A stretch of 64,000 nt of DNA from NCBI GenBank assembly GCA_963718665.1, contig OY970359.1, forward strand, positions 800,001 through 864,000, given 5' to 3'. Source of the stretch: an uncultured Phycisphaerales bacterium (GTDB taxonomy: Bacteria > Planctomycetota > Phycisphaerae > Sedimentisphaerales > Anaerobacaceae). Position numbers and translations under genes: made by a program. The first letter of the stretch is position 1. Each line of letters begins with the position of its first letter. This document shows positions 38,692-48,897 of this stretch, piece after piece. A model generated the notes under the pieces. It worked only from the letters and a program-made list of their open reading frames with translations, was not told the DNA's origin and did no database searches.

Positions 38692-39089
38692 CAACGCACC
38701 GTACAAATTATTTCGCCGCCGATTTTTGCCTGCCGACAGCTCTTATCACTCATCATTCCCTTGCTCGTCGATATTATGGCTATACCCATACCGTTCAAAA
38801 CAAATGGCAAATCATCAACCGACGAATAAACCCGACGACCGGGTTTGCTTATTCTCTTTATTTCTTCAATAACCGACCGACCCGTCTGGTCGTATTTCAG
38901 CGTAATCCGCAATATCCCCTGCGTAGCGTCATCTACCTTCTCGAAGTCCTCTATGTAACCTTCCGTCTTCATCACGGCCGCTATCGACATGCAGACCTTC
39001 GAGGCCCTTATGTTCACCTTCTCGCTCATTATCCGAGCAGCGTTGCGAACTCGCGTCAACATATCAGCTATTGGATCACTCAAGCTCAT
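38691..39089 (-). CDS. rpsH: 30S ribosomal protein S8
   Basis: DPIADMLTRVRNA, SKPGRRVY. Confidence 0.97.
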   Translation of the reverse strand: MSLSDPIADMLTRVRNAARIMSEKVNIRASKVCMSIAAVMKTEGYIEDFEKVDDATQGILRITLKYDQTGRSVIEEIKRISKPGRRVYSSVDDLPFVLNGMGIAIISTSKGMMSDKSCRQAKIGGEIICTVR

Positions 39090-39130
39090 ATTTTTTCTCT
39101 TAATTCTCCAGCCGGCTCAACCGGCAACTT

Positions 39131-39316
39131 TTACCAGCTCGCCTTTTTTACTCCGGGTATCTTGCCTTCGTTAGCAAGCTTCCGAAAGCAAATCCGGCAA
39201 AGCTTAAACTTTTGATAAACAGCTCTGGCCCTGCCGCAAATCTCACAACGAGTGTACTTCCTTACTTTGAACTTCGGTTTCGATCTTGCCTTATTAACAA
39301 GGGCCTTCGTTGACAT
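39131..39316 (-). CDS. rpsN: 30S ribosomal protein S14 (type Z, zinc-binding)
   Basis: CEICGR...CRICFR. Confidence 0.96.
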   Translation of the reverse strand: MSTKALVNKARSKPKFKVRKYTRCEICGRARAVYQKFKLCRICFRKLANEGKIPGVKKASW

Positions 39317-39357
39317 AGTTACCTGCTAAAAATCCTTAATTTGTTCTATAAATCCGG

Positions 39358-39933
39358 TTAATCCTGATCATCTTTCGACTTCGAATCGGTTTTCAATGCC
39401 TTGAACGGCATACCAAACAGCGCCAGCATACGCCTCGCCTCATCATCGCTCCTGGCCGTCGTTACAAACGTGATATTCATACCCTGCTGAAACTCTACCT
39501 TCACCGGGTTGATTTCCGGGAAAACCGTCTGTTCGCTCAGTCCCATCGAATAAGCACCTCTGCCGTCAAAACCGTTTCGGTTAAGCCCGCGAAAATCTCT
39601 TACCCGCGGTATCGCCAAACTGATAAGCCGGTCAAGAAACTCATACATTCGTTCGCCGCGCATCGTAACCTTCAAACCGGTCTCCTGACCCGCGCAAACT
39701 TTGAAATTCGAGACGCTCTTCTTGGCCTTGCACACTAACGGCATCTGTCCTGTTATCAATGTCAGGTCGGCTTTGGCCAGCTCAATATACTTTTTATCCG
39801 TCACCGCTTTGCCGACGCCCATCGAAACGACTATTTTCTCTAAGCGGGGCACCGCCATCCGGTTCTTATATCCGAACTCTTTTACCAGTTCCCCGACTAC
39901 TTTCGATTTGTATAAATCTTTCAAACGTGCCAT
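39358..39933 (-). CDS. rplE: 50S ribosomal protein L5
   Basis: [21 protein letters not shown]. Confidence 0.97.
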   Translation of the reverse strand: MARLKDLYKSKVVGELVKEFGYKNRMAVPRLEKIVVSMGVGKAVTDKKYIELAKADLTLITGQMPLVCKAKKSVSNFKVCAGQETGLKVTMRGERMYEFLDRLISLAIPRVRDFRGLNRNGFDGRGAYSMGLSEQTVFPEINPVKVEFQQGMNITFVTTARSDDEARRMLALFGMPFKALKTDSKSKDDQD

Positions 39934-39949
39934 CGTTATTTACCGTTGC

Positions 39950-40288
39950 TCATTTCTTTTTCGGATGTCTGATTACGCTTATTTTTGTGCCGTCTTCGGC
40001 CACTCTCAGCTTGCCGCCGTTGCTGCCAACCTCAAAATGAACCCGGCTCGCCTTCGAGGTCTTCGGGTTGACCGGCAAAACATTGCTTACGTGTATCGGC
40101 TGCTCGATATTTATCCGACCGCCTGAAGGACTCTTTCGCGACGGCTTAACATGCTTCTTCGCCAGGTTGATACCCTGAAGGATGACCTTGTTCTCATCCC
40201 GCATCACGCGAAGCACCTTGCCCGTTGTGCCTTTGTGGTCGCCGGTTATCACTTGTACCATATCATCTTTTTTAATGTGCATCGCCAT
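39950..40288 (-). CDS. rplX: 50S ribosomal protein L24
   Basis: IKKDDMVQVITGDHKG, PIHVSNV. Confidence 0.96.
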   Translation of the reverse strand: MAMHIKKDDMVQVITGDHKGTTGKVLRVMRDENKVILQGINLAKKHVKPSRKSPSGGRINIEQPIHVSNVLPVNPKTSKASRVHFEVGSNGGKLRVAEDGTKISVIRHPKKK

Positions 40289-40301
40289 CTGCTGTATCCC
40301 G

Positions 40302-40688
40302 TTAAACTACCTCGCTTGCCAGCGAGATTATCTTCATATAGTTCTTTTCACGAAGCTCACGGGCAACCGCTCCGAAAATACGGGTGCCTATCGGGTTGCC
40401 TTCGGCGTCAATCATAACCGCCGCGTTGGTATCGAACCGCACGTAACCCCCGTCGGGACGCCTTATCGGCTGCTTGGTGCGGACGATCACGCACTTGTGA
40501 ACCTTCTTGTTATCGAGCTGGCAGGTGGGCAACCACTTCTTTATCGCCACACACACGATGTCCCCGACACTCGCTACCGCACGCGTGAACTTGCCCCTGG
40601 CGCCGCTCTTGCCTAAAACCCTGATGCACTGTGCTACCTTTGCACCAGAGTTGTCGGCTATATTCAACATTGTTTCTTGTTGTATCAT
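40302..40688 (-). CDS. rplN: 50S ribosomal protein L14
   Basis: [30 protein letters not shown]. Confidence 0.97.
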   Translation of the reverse strand: MIQQETMLNIADNSGAKVAQCIRVLGKSGARGKFTRAVASVGDIVCVAIKKWLPTCQLDNKKVHKCVIVRTKQPIRRPDGGYVRFDTNAAVMIDAEGNPIGTRIFGAVARELREKNYMKIISLASEVV

Positions 40689-40702
40689 CTTTTGCTTTCC
40701 AT

Positions 40703-40975
40703 CTATTGTTGCGGCAGTTCCTGGGCCGCTTTCGTTATAATGCGCACGAGGCGCCACCTTTTAGTTTTGCTGTACGGCCTGCACCCGGTAACTTCAACCA
40801 CGTCACCCACGCTGGCAGCATTTTGCTCATCGTGAACAGCCATCCGGGTCTGCCTCTTGAGCGTCTTGCCATACTTAGGATGCCTGTACACATAATCTAC
40901 GGCAACCCTTATGGTCTTGCTGCTGCCCTTGCTTATCACTACCGCTTTTGTCGTTTTTACCTTGTGTTCCTGCAT
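40703..40975 (-). CDS. rpsQ: 30S ribosomal protein S17
   Basis: [20 protein letters not shown]. Confidence 0.96.
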   Translation of the reverse strand: MQEHKVKTTKAVVISKGSSKTIRVAVDYVYRHPKYGKTLKRQTRMAVHDEQNAASVGDVVEVTGCRPYSKTKRWRLVRIITKAAQELPQQ

Positions 40976-40999
40976 CCTTCTGATTCCTTACCGGAGGCC

Positions 41000-41203
41000 T
41001 TATTGTTTTTTGGCCTCTATTTGACGCTGACGTAATACCGTCTTTATCCTCGCTACCTCACGACGTGCGTTAATTGCCGCCCGGCAATCCTGCAGCTTTT
41101 CTGTCGTCGCCTGCGAACGCAAATCAAACACGTGCCGCTGCAATTCCTGCACTTTGCTCTCAAGCTCATCCGTACTCATTTCACGATAAACTTGTGCTTT
41201 CAT
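41000..41203 (-). CDS. rpmC: 50S ribosomal protein L29
   Basis: FDLRSQ...RREVARIKT; position in the S10 operon. Confidence 0.93.
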   Translation of the reverse strand: MKAQVYREMSTDELESKVQELQRHVFDLRSQATTEKLQDCRAAINARREVARIKTVLRQRQIEAKKQ

Positions 41204-41213
41204 CTGTTTACCC

Positions 41214-41636
41214 TTATCCAACCGTGCGTCTGCGACGGATTAACCTGCATTTCATCGGCATCTTGTGCGCCACACGCAACAACGCCCGTTTAGCAACTTC
41301 CTCGCCAATACCGCTGACTTCAAACAAAACCGCGCCTGGTCTGACTCGCGCCACCCAGAACGCCGGCTCACCTTTACCTTTACCCATTCGCGTCTCAAGC
41401 GGCTTGGCGCTTACCGGCTTGGCTGGGAATACCCTGATATAAACTTTACCTTCACGCTGTAGATAATGTGTCGCTGCGACTCGGCCGGCCTCTATTGTCT
41501 TGCCTTCGAGCCAGCACTGTTCCAGCGACTGCAAACCGTATTCGCCGAACGCAACATAATTCGCCCTGGCAGCGTTGCATTTCATCTTACCACGCTGGCT
41601 CTTACGGTATTTCACTCTTTTCGGCATCAATGCCAT
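41214..41636 (-). CDS. rplP: 50S ribosomal protein L16
   Basis: PKRVKYRK, ETRMGKGKG. Confidence 0.97.
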   Translation of the reverse strand: MALMPKRVKYRKSQRGKMKCNAARANYVAFGEYGLQSLEQCWLEGKTIEAGRVAATHYLQREGKVYIRVFPAKPVSAKPLETRMGKGKGEPAFWVARVRPGAVLFEVSGIGEEVAKRALLRVAHKMPMKCRLIRRRRTVG

Positions 41637-41696
41637 TTTGTAAACCCTACGTTAAAACCTAAATATCAAATCTTTAAAATTACGTATCTTAAACCG

Positions 41697-42485
41697 TTAA
41701 CCTGCCTGAGGACTTCCATCTTCAGTCGGCGCCGCACCGGTATCCGCCGGTGGACGGCTCGCCTGTCTCGGCCTGCTCGAACCTTCGCCGCCGCCCTCGC
41801 CGCGACCGAACGGCTTGCGCCTCGGCGCCTGTTTGACAACAATCGCCTCGCCAAAAAGACCGCGATGCACCCACACCTTGATACCTATCGTCCCGTATGT
41901 CGTCTCGGCACGGGCCTGAGCATAATCAACATCCGCGTCCAGAGTGTGAAGCGGGATACTTCCCTTCCTCTGCGTCTCACGCCGGGCTATTTCGGCTCCG
42001 CCTAATCGGCCTGAGCACAGAATCTTCACGCCCTTCGCGCCGGCGTTCATCGCCGACTCGCAGAACTGCTTCATCGTGCGCCTGAATGACGCCCGTTTGC
42101 AAAGCTGCTCAGCAACCGCCTCGCCAATCAAAAACGCATTCAGGTCCGGGTCTTTAACTTCAACAACGTTGACTGTAACCTTGCGGCCAGTCAACGCTTC
42201 TATTTCTTCACGCAGCTTGTCAACCTCGCCGCCTCGCGGGCCGATTACCACGCCAGGCCTTGCGCTGTGCAGCGTTACTGTTACCTCATTGCGGGTCCTT
42301 ATGATTTCCGTCTTCGCTACGCCGCCCTTGGGCATCTGCCGGTTGAATTTCTTGTCGATGAACTTGCGAATTTTCTGATCCTCAACAAGAAACGTCCCGT
42401 AGTCCGCTTTCGACGCAAACCACGTGCTGTCCCAGCCCCTAGTTATGCCTGTCCTAAAACCTATTGGCGATACCTTCTGACCCAT
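41697..42485 (-). CDS. rpsC: 30S ribosomal protein S3
   Basis: MGQKVSPIGFR, SGRLGGAEIAR. Confidence 0.97.
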   Translation of the reverse strand: MGQKVSPIGFRTGITRGWDSTWFASKADYGTFLVEDQKIRKFIDKKFNRQMPKGGVAKTEIIRTRNEVTVTLHSARPGVVIGPRGGEVDKLREEIEALTGRKVTVNVVEVKDPDLNAFLIGEAVAEQLCKRASFRRTMKQFCESAMNAGAKGVKILCSGRLGGAEIARRETQRKGSIPLHTLDADVDYAQARAETTYGTIGIKVWVHRGLFGEAIVVKQAPRRKPFGRGEGGGEGSSRPRQASRPPADTGAAPTEDGSPQAG

Positions 42486-42511
42486 AGTTTAATTCGCCTT
42501 TAAATCTGCCC

Positions 42512-43060
42512 TTATGGCTGCGAAACCGTAATATATATATGACAACCTTTTTTAGTGAGAGAATGAGCTCTGCCTCTGTCCTTGGCTATCCATCGCTTGG
42601 TGCCGATCCTGACACCCGCGTCATCCACACGCGCCTCACTTATGTAAAGATTATCCACGTCTGCTTCCTGCTCATCCGCGTCGGCTATCGCCGCGCGAAG
42701 CGTCTTGCTTATCATTTCCGCGGCACGCTTCCGCGTGAACTTCAAAATATCCAGCGCGTCCTGCACCTTCCGGCCCGCTATCAACTGCGTAACCAGCCGT
42801 GCCTTGCGCGGTGCAAACGGTGCGTATCGGCAGGTTGAACACCAACCGGCAATATCATTCGGCTCAACTCCCAGCGCCGTCGCCAGACGCTTTACGTCTT
42901 CGCTGCTGGGTATCGGCTTGAATAAACCGTGCTGCCAGTTCTTTACAGCCGATATCGCGTCCTGCTTATCAAGCCCCGCCCTTACAATCTGGCCGCCCAA
43001 TTGCTCCACGCTAATCTTACGCTGCTTACTGATTTTTTTTAATTTTTCCGGGTTCAACAT
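42512..43060 (-). CDS. rplV: 50S ribosomal protein L22 with ~70-aa N-terminal XRE/HTH-like extension
   Basis: C-terminal PRKARLV...GRKVQDAL...RGRA...HI is L22; the ORF starts 14 bp after the rpsS stop and fills the gap. Confidence 0.92.
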   Translation of the reverse strand: MLNPEKLKKISKQRKISVEQLGGQIVRAGLDKQDAISAVKNWQHGLFKPIPSSEDVKRLATALGVEPNDIAGWCSTCRYAPFAPRKARLVTQLIAGRKVQDALDILKFTRKRAAEMISKTLRAAIADADEQEADVDNLYISEARVDDAGVRIGTKRWIAKDRGRAHSLTKKGCHIYITVSQP

Positions 43061-43074
43061 ATCTATTCAAAACC

Positions 43075-43371
43075 TTACTCTCTAGCCGGTGCTGCCGTCT
43101 CTTCTTCTACCTTCCTTGTTGAATGTCCTCTGAATACCCTGGTCGGCGAAAATTCCCCGAGCTTATGACCAACCATATCCTCGGTAACGTAAACTTTGTG
43201 GAACATTTTGCCGTTATGCACCATAAATGTATAACCAATGAATTCCGGAATTATCGTGCACCTTCGTGCCCAGGTCTTTATCGGCTCGCGTAACCCGGTC
43301 TGTATCTGCTTGTTGACCTTCGCAAACAGTTTCACGTCAACATACGGTCCTTTTTTCAGCGATCTTCCCAT
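43075..43371 (-). CDS. rpsS: 30S ribosomal protein S19
   Basis: [22 protein letters not shown]. Confidence 0.97.
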   Translation of the reverse strand: MGRSLKKGPYVDVKLFAKVNKQIQTGLREPIKTWARRCTIIPEFIGYTFMVHNGKMFHKVYVTEDMVGHKLGEFSPTRVFRGHSTRKVEEETAAPARE

Positions 43372-43417
43372 TCGATTTCCTCAGGCCGGTCAACCGGCCT
43401 CGATAACATCCTTCCCA

Positions 43418-44269
43418 TCAAATTTCCACTTGTCCATGCGCGCTGCTCTTGCGTCTCCGGATAATTCGCTGGCTGCTGACTTTTCTCGGGCATCTTGTTT
43501 TTCCGCCCTTTGCCAGCACGCCGGTCGGTGAGCAGGGATGACGTCCGCCGTTGCTCCTGCCTTCGCCGCCGCCCATCGGATGCGCTACCGGGTTCTGTGC
43601 CTTGCCGCGAACGTGGCCTCTGCGGCCTTTATGTCTTGTCCGCCCCGCCTTGCCCCACCGGATATTCTGGTAGTCGGAATTGCCCAGCTTGCCTATCGTC
43701 GCGCGACATTCTTTGCGCACCATTCTCATTTCACCGCTGGGCAGTTGAAGCGTTACCCAGTCGCCTTCTTTCGCTATTATTCTCGCCGCCGAGCCGGCAA
43801 CACGCACTAACTTGCCGCCCTGGCCGGCTGTCATTTCAATATTATGAACTTCAAGACCGCTCGGAATTGCCTCTAACGGCATCGCGTTGCCGACTTTCGG
43901 CTCGCAAACCATACCGCTCTCGACTTTATCGCCCATTTTAATGCCTTCCGGGGCCAGTATGTATCGTTTTTCGCCGTCAACGTAGTGCAGCAATGATATA
44001 TAACAATTCCTGTTCGGGTCATATTCCACGCTTGCTACGTTCGCGCTGACGCCGTCTTTGTTCCTCTTAAAATCAATGAGGCGGTAAATCTGCCTCGCAC
44101 CGCCTCCTCTGAACCGAACCATAGTCATACCACTGTGGTTTCTGCCGCCTGATTTCTTTATGCGAATACACAGGGACTTTTCCGGCCTGTCAGTGGTCAG
44201 CTCGGCAAAATCATTTACTGAGCTGTTCCTGCGTCCTGCGCTTGTCGGCTTGTATATTTTAATTCCCAT
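43418..44269 (-). CDS. rplB: 50S ribosomal protein L2
   Basis: EYDPNR, HPMGGGEG. Confidence 0.98.
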   Translation of the reverse strand: MGIKIYKPTSAGRRNSSVNDFAELTTDRPEKSLCIRIKKSGGRNHSGMTMVRFRGGGARQIYRLIDFKRNKDGVSANVASVEYDPNRNCYISLLHYVDGEKRYILAPEGIKMGDKVESGMVCEPKVGNAMPLEAIPSGLEVHNIEMTAGQGGKLVRVAGSAARIIAKEGDWVTLQLPSGEMRMVRKECRATIGKLGNSDYQNIRWGKAGRTRHKGRRGHVRGKAQNPVAHPMGGGEGRSNGGRHPCSPTGVLAKGGKTRCPRKVSSQRIIRRRKSSAHGQVEI

Positions 44270-44291
44270 ATTGCTTCTCTTGCTCTCTTTA

Positions 44292-44570
44292 TTAGAACAG
44301 GTCGATATGATAATCGGGTTTCAGGTACACCACGGCCTTTTTCCAGTCCTGCGTGAAACCCGACGTCCTGCCCTTGCGTCTGAACTTCCCTTTTCTGTTC
44401 GCGGTCCTCACCTTGTCAACCTTAACTGCGTACAGCCGCTCAACAGCGCCTCTAATCTGCATCTTGTTGGCGTCCTTGTTCACTTCGAACGCGTACGCGC
44501 TTATTTTACCTGCAAGGTGCGTACCCTGCTCTGTAATCAACGGTTTAACTATAATATTATGGTCTTTCAT
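44292..44570 (-). CDS. rplW: 50S ribosomal protein L23
   Basis: PLITE, ANKMQI, WKKAVV. Confidence 0.96.
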   Translation of the reverse strand: MKDHNIIVKPLITEQGTHLAGKISAYAFEVNKDANKMQIRGAVERLYAVKVDKVRTANRKGKFRRKGRTSGFTQDWKKAVVYLKPDYHIDLF

Positions 44571-44581
44571 AACGCCGGCAG

Positions 44582-45217
44582 TTAATTCTCACCTGATTCA
44601 TTCTTGTTCACAAGAGACAGAAACGCCTCTTTGGTAAACAACAGTTTTGTATGTCTGCAAATATCCCCCGCGTTTGATTCCGCCGCCAGGAGCACCGACA
44701 CCTTCGGTATATTTCTCGCTGAGCGCCAAAGCGTATCGTTGTGCTCACCGATTATCACAAGACAACTGCGTTCTATTTTAAGATTCCCGAGTATATTCGC
44801 GAAATCCTTTGTCTTCGGCTTCTCAAACGCAAGCTGGTCAACAACAACAACATTATTGCTCAAAAGCTTCGACAGTATCGCCGAATCTCTCGCTAATTTC
44901 TTCTGCTTTTTGGGCATGTCCTGACTGAAATCCCTCGCTTTTTTCGCGAATGTTACACCGCCGCCGACTCTTTTAGCCGTCCTGATTGTGCCGGCCCTGG
45001 CGTTACCGGTATGCTTCTGTGCGTATATCTTGCGGGTCGAACCTTCAATCTGCCCCCTGCCTTTTGTCGCCGCAGTGCCCACCCGTTTGTTCGCGTTGTA
45101 CATTACTATTGCCTGCTTCAGCAATGCGTATCTCACGCGCCCGCCGAACGCCGACTCTGCGACCTTCAGGCTGCCAACCTCTTTACCGCTCTTATCATAT
45201 ACAGGCAAGCTTATCAT
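44582..45217 (-). CDS. rplD: 50S ribosomal protein L4
   Basis: QKHTGNARAG, VGGGVTF. Confidence 0.96.
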   Translation of the reverse strand: MISLPVYDKSGKEVGSLKVAESAFGGRVRYALLKQAIVMYNANKRVGTAATKGRGQIEGSTRKIYAQKHTGNARAGTIRTAKRVGGGVTFAKKARDFSQDMPKKQKKLARDSAILSKLLSNNVVVVDQLAFEKPKTKDFANILGNLKIERSCLVIIGEHNDTLWRSARNIPKVSVLLAAESNAGDICRHTKLLFTKEAFLSLVNKNESGEN

Positions 45218-45238
45218 CTGCTAATCCCTGTGCCCAAC

Positions 45239-45892
45239 CTATACTTTATTCTTCTGTGAAGTTCTAACTACAACATAACCGCCCGAAGGCCCGGGTACTG
45301 AACCTTTTACTACGAGCAGATTATTTTCCGGATCTATTGAAACAAGCTGATGTGTTTTGACTGTGATTCTCTTGGCCCCCATGTGTCCGCCCATCTTTTT
45401 ACCCTTCTTTATGTCACCACCGTGACCACGGTCGGTTCCATAACCCGCCTGCGAACCCGGCGAACGGTGCTTGCGTTCTGTGCCGTGCGAACCAGGCATG
45501 CCGCCGAAATGGTGTCGCTTCATCGGGCCTGCGAATCCCTTGCCTTTGCTCGTCCCGATGACATCGACGAATTTCGTTTCCGCGAATGTCGTTACCGTTA
45601 CAGCGTCGCCCGGATTCACTTCCGCTTTCGCATCGCCGATAAGACGCATTTCCCTGATAAATCTCTTCGGGGCAGTCTTGGCCTTCTCAGCGTGTGCAAT
45701 CGCGGCCTTGGTGCTGCGCGACGCTTTCACGTCGTCAAACCCGAGCTGAACCGCGTTATAGCCGTCTGTCTCAACGGTCTTTACCTGCATAACGACACAG
45801 GGGCCGGCCTGTATGACCGTAACGGGCAACAGCCGTTCCTTCTCATCGTAAACCTGCGTCATTCCAACTTTTTTTCCAAGCAGCATTGCCAC
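45239..45892 (-). CDS. rplC: 50S ribosomal protein L3
   Basis: GKKVGMTQ, SKGKGFAG, HRSPGS. Confidence 0.97.
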   Translation of the reverse strand: MAMLLGKKVGMTQVYDEKERLLPVTVIQAGPCVVMQVKTVETDGYNAVQLGFDDVKASRSTKAAIAHAEKAKTAPKRFIREMRLIGDAKAEVNPGDAVTVTTFAETKFVDVIGTSKGKGFAGPMKRHHFGGMPGSHGTERKHRSPGSQAGYGTDRGHGGDIKKGKKMGGHMGAKRITVKTHQLVSIDPENNLLVVKGSVPGPSGGYVVVRTSQKNKV

Positions 45893-45922
45893 TTTTATCT
45901 TCCCTGTTACTGACCTGCTTTA

Positions 45923-46237
45923 TTATGCCTTGATTTTTACGAAAACACCGGCAGGCACAACCAGCCGGTTAAGAACTTCAACCGTCCGTGCATTCGCCTC
46001 GCGAATATCAATCAGACGCTTGTGCGTTCGCAACTCAAATTGTTCACGTGATTTCTTGTCGATATGCGGGCTTCTCAGCACGGTGTATCTTTCGATACGT
46101 GTCGGCAGGGGAATGGGGCCGCTGATACGAGCATTGGTCCTTCTGGCGTGTTCCACTATTTCCTTTGCGGATGCATCCAGAATCCTGTGGTCGTATGCTT
46201 CCATCCTTATTTTTATTCTTTCTGTTTCACCGGCCAT
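45923..46237 (-). CDS. rpsJ: 30S ribosomal protein S10
   Basis: [21 protein letters not shown]. Confidence 0.98.
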   Translation of the reverse strand: MAGETERIKIRMEAYDHRILDASAKEIVEHARRTNARISGPIPLPTRIERYTVLRSPHIDKKSREQFELRTHKRLIDIREANARTVEVLNRLVVPAGVFVKIKA

Positions 46238-46664
46238 AATACTGTGCCTAAATTCTTAGTATTGTTACAACCTGTTTTTTCACACCTTTGACCGCGACTA
46301 CTACACTTCTGCTGTCACTGCACCGACAAAAACACCCCTGCGGTTTCAGCGCTCTATCATGCCTTCTTGGCAGGAAGGACCTGATTTGGTCATCAAACGC
46401 CCGCGGTCACAGGCATCCGACGCCACAATCGCCTTCCTTAACGAATCGGGGTTCTAATCCTTTTGGACAAAGCTGCCTGGCCCTCAGCCGACAACTCATC
46501 CCAGCTCTTACGGGGTTTATTGGCAACCCCTGCTGTACCCCTTAATTAAACCAATCAACCAATCAAACCGTCCTTGACGACCACGATTCGCAAGACGTGT
46601 TACAGCCCAACTCGTCAATCGCAAAGCCATCCCTGGCGATGCTCGCTACGGCTGAAAGATTAGC

Positions 46665-46693
46665 AATTTAACATACAGCCCGACTTACGTCAA
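46665..46693 (-). promoter_or_regulatory. Putative sigma70 promoter for the S10 operon
   Basis: TTGACG-N17-TAAATT with extended -10 TG and AT-rich upstream sequence. Confidence 0.6.
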
Positions 46694-46734
46694 CCAGCAA
46701 ATTACAAAAATTTTTCAAAGAAATTAATATTTTT

Positions 46735-48813
46735 TTACAGCGATATAACCTGTTCAGCAATCTGTTCGGGCACTTTCTCGTAACTTAAGGGCTCCATCGT
46801 AAACGTGCCTCGACCGGCTGTCGCGCTTCTTATCTCGCTGGAATACCCGAACATCTCGGACAACGGGACTTTAGCGTCAATTGTCCGCGTTTTTCCGTGA
46901 ATCCTGCTGTCTGTGATAAATCCCCTCTTGGAAAGCAAGCTGGCCTGGATAACCCCGAAATGGGCCTCCGGAACAATAACCTCAATCTTCATAACCGGCT
47001 CCAAAAGTATCGGGCCGGCCTTCTCGAGGGCCGCCTTAATCGCAATCGCCGCCGCCTGCTCAAATGCAATATCCGATGAATCCACAGTATGATATGAGCC
47101 GTCAATTAACGTAACTTTAATCCCCATAACGGGATAGCCCGCTAAAGTGCCTGTCCCAAGGGCATCTTCAACCCCCTTCTCGACAGCCCCGACATACTCT
47201 CTGGGCACCCTGTCTCCACCTGCCTCATTGATAAACTCCATCTCCCTGCTCAAGTGTCCGTCTTCGCCAAATAATGGCTCAACCTTCAAAACAACATGCC
47301 CATATTGCCCCCTTCCCCCAGTTTGACGCACAAACTTGCCTTCCGATTCGGCTTGTTTGGTAATCGCCTCTTTATATGCCACACGAGGCCTGCCAACCTT
47401 GATATCTACCCCTTTTTCCTTCATCAGCTTGTGCTGCAGAATCTCAAGATGAAGCTCGCCCATACCGCTGATAATCATTTGGCCGGTTTCGTGGTCAACC
47501 TTCGATTCAAAAGTCGGGTCTTCCCGCCGCAATGCTGCAAGGGCGTCGCCCAGCTTATTTTTATCGCCGGCCGTCTTCGGCTCTATCGACATACTTATTA
47601 CCGTCTGCGGGAAAGTAATGCTGGCAAGCAGCACCGGATGTTTCGGGTCGCTAAGCGTGTCGCCCGTAATTGTATGTTTAGGTCCAACCACAGCCACTAT
47701 GTCACCTGCATGGGCCTCTTCGAGAATTTTGCGGTCGTTGGCGTGCATCTCAAACATTCGCGTGATATTTTCCCGCTTGTCGCGAGTAACATTGAGCACC
47801 CTGCTGCCCGACTTCAATGTCCCCTGGTATATCCTTATGAAATTCAGGTCCCCGTGCGGCTCACTGATAATCTTAAAGGCAAGAGCCACTAAACTGCCTT
47901 TCGGGTCGCACTTGACCGGGATTTTCTTTTCCTCGTCGCCGGGCGCATGGGCGATAATCGGCGGTTTTTCCATCGGCGAAGGTAAATATGCCACAACCCC
48001 GTCCAGCAGCTTCTGAATGCCGATATACTGCAAAGCAGACCCGCAAAACACAGGGTGCAGCTTGCCGGCAATTGTCCCCTTCCTTATCGCCCTGTGAATC
48101 AGCTCCTCCTCAATGGGCTTGTCGTGAACGTATTTATCCATCATTTCTTCATCATGCTCAGCCGCGTGCTCAAGCAGCGTATGCCTGGCCTGCTCCACTT
48201 TGCTGTGGTACTCCGCGGGAATCTCGACCTCCTCGAAATCAGCCCCCAGCTTTTTCGTGTCGAAAATAACCGCGTGCATCTTGATTAAATCTATAACCCC
48301 GGTAAAAGTGTCTGAAGCCCCTATTGGAAGCTGTACAACAAGGGGATTGGCAACAAGTTTTTCTCTGATGCTGTCAATGCTCATTTCAAAATCAGCACCG
48401 ACCTTGTCCATTTTGTTGATAAAGCAAAGGCAGGGCACGCCGTATTTCTGTCCCTGTCTCCAGACCGTCTCGCTCTGCGCCTGCACGCCTTCACTGCCAT
48501 CAAAAACAATCACGGCCCCGTCAAGCACTCTCAACGACCTTTCCACTTCCGCCGTAAAATCAATGTGTCCCGGCGTATCAATAAGGTTGACTTCCGCCCC
48601 GGCCCACGGGAATCTTGTCGCCGCCGACGTAATGGTTATCCCTCTTTTTTGCTCTTCTTCGAGGTAGTCCATCACCGCCGTGCCGTCGTGAACCTCGCCC
48701 ATTTTGTAGGTCTTGCCAGCATAATAAAGAACTCGCTCAGACACCGTCGTTTTGCCTGCGTCAATATGAGCGATAATGCCTATATTGCGTATTTTCTTAA
48801 GCTCTTCTAACAT
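46735..48813 (-). CDS. fusA: Elongation factor G
   Basis: RNIGIIAHIDAGKTT, RGITI, DTPGH, QTGGRGQYGHV. Confidence 0.97.
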   Translation of the reverse strand: MLEELKKIRNIGIIAHIDAGKTTVSERVLYYAGKTYKMGEVHDGTAVMDYLEEEQKRGITITSAATRFPWAGAEVNLIDTPGHIDFTAEVERSLRVLDGAVIVFDGSEGVQAQSETVWRQGQKYGVPCLCFINKMDKVGADFEMSIDSIREKLVANPLVVQLPIGASDTFTGVIDLIKMHAVIFDTKKLGADFEEVEIPAEYHSKVEQARHTLLEHAAEHDEEMMDKYVHDKPIEEELIHRAIRKGTIAGKLHPVFCGSALQYIGIQKLLDGVVAYLPSPMEKPPIIAHAPGDEEKKIPVKCDPKGSLVALAFKIISEPHGDLNFIRIYQGTLKSGSRVLNVTRDKRENITRMFEMHANDRKILEEAHAGDIVAVVGPKHTITGDTLSDPKHPVLLASITFPQTVISMSIEPKTAGDKNKLGDALAALRREDPTFESKVDHETGQMIISGMGELHLEILQHKLMKEKGVDIKVGRPRVAYKEAITKQAESEGKFVRQTGGRGQYGHVVLKVEPLFGEDGHLSREMEFINEAGGDRVPREYVGAVEKGVEDALGTGTLAGYPVMGIKVTLIDGSYHTVDSSDIAFEQAAAIAIKAALEKAGPILLEPVMKIEVIVPEAHFGVIQASLLSKRGFITDSRIHGKTRTIDAKVPLSEMFGYSSEIRSATAGRGTFTMEPLSYEKVPEQIAEQVISL

Positions 48814-48842
48814 CTGTTTGTCATCACTAAAAAAATTTCAAT

Positions 48843-48883
48843 AAAAAAAACTGCCACGGTTGACCATAAGGCACCATGGCAGT
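48843..48883 (-). terminator. Stem-loop plus U-tract between rpsG and fusA
   Basis: A-run then actgccacggt...accatggcagt. Confidence 0.55.
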
Positions 48884-48897
48884 TCAATACGTCCTTG

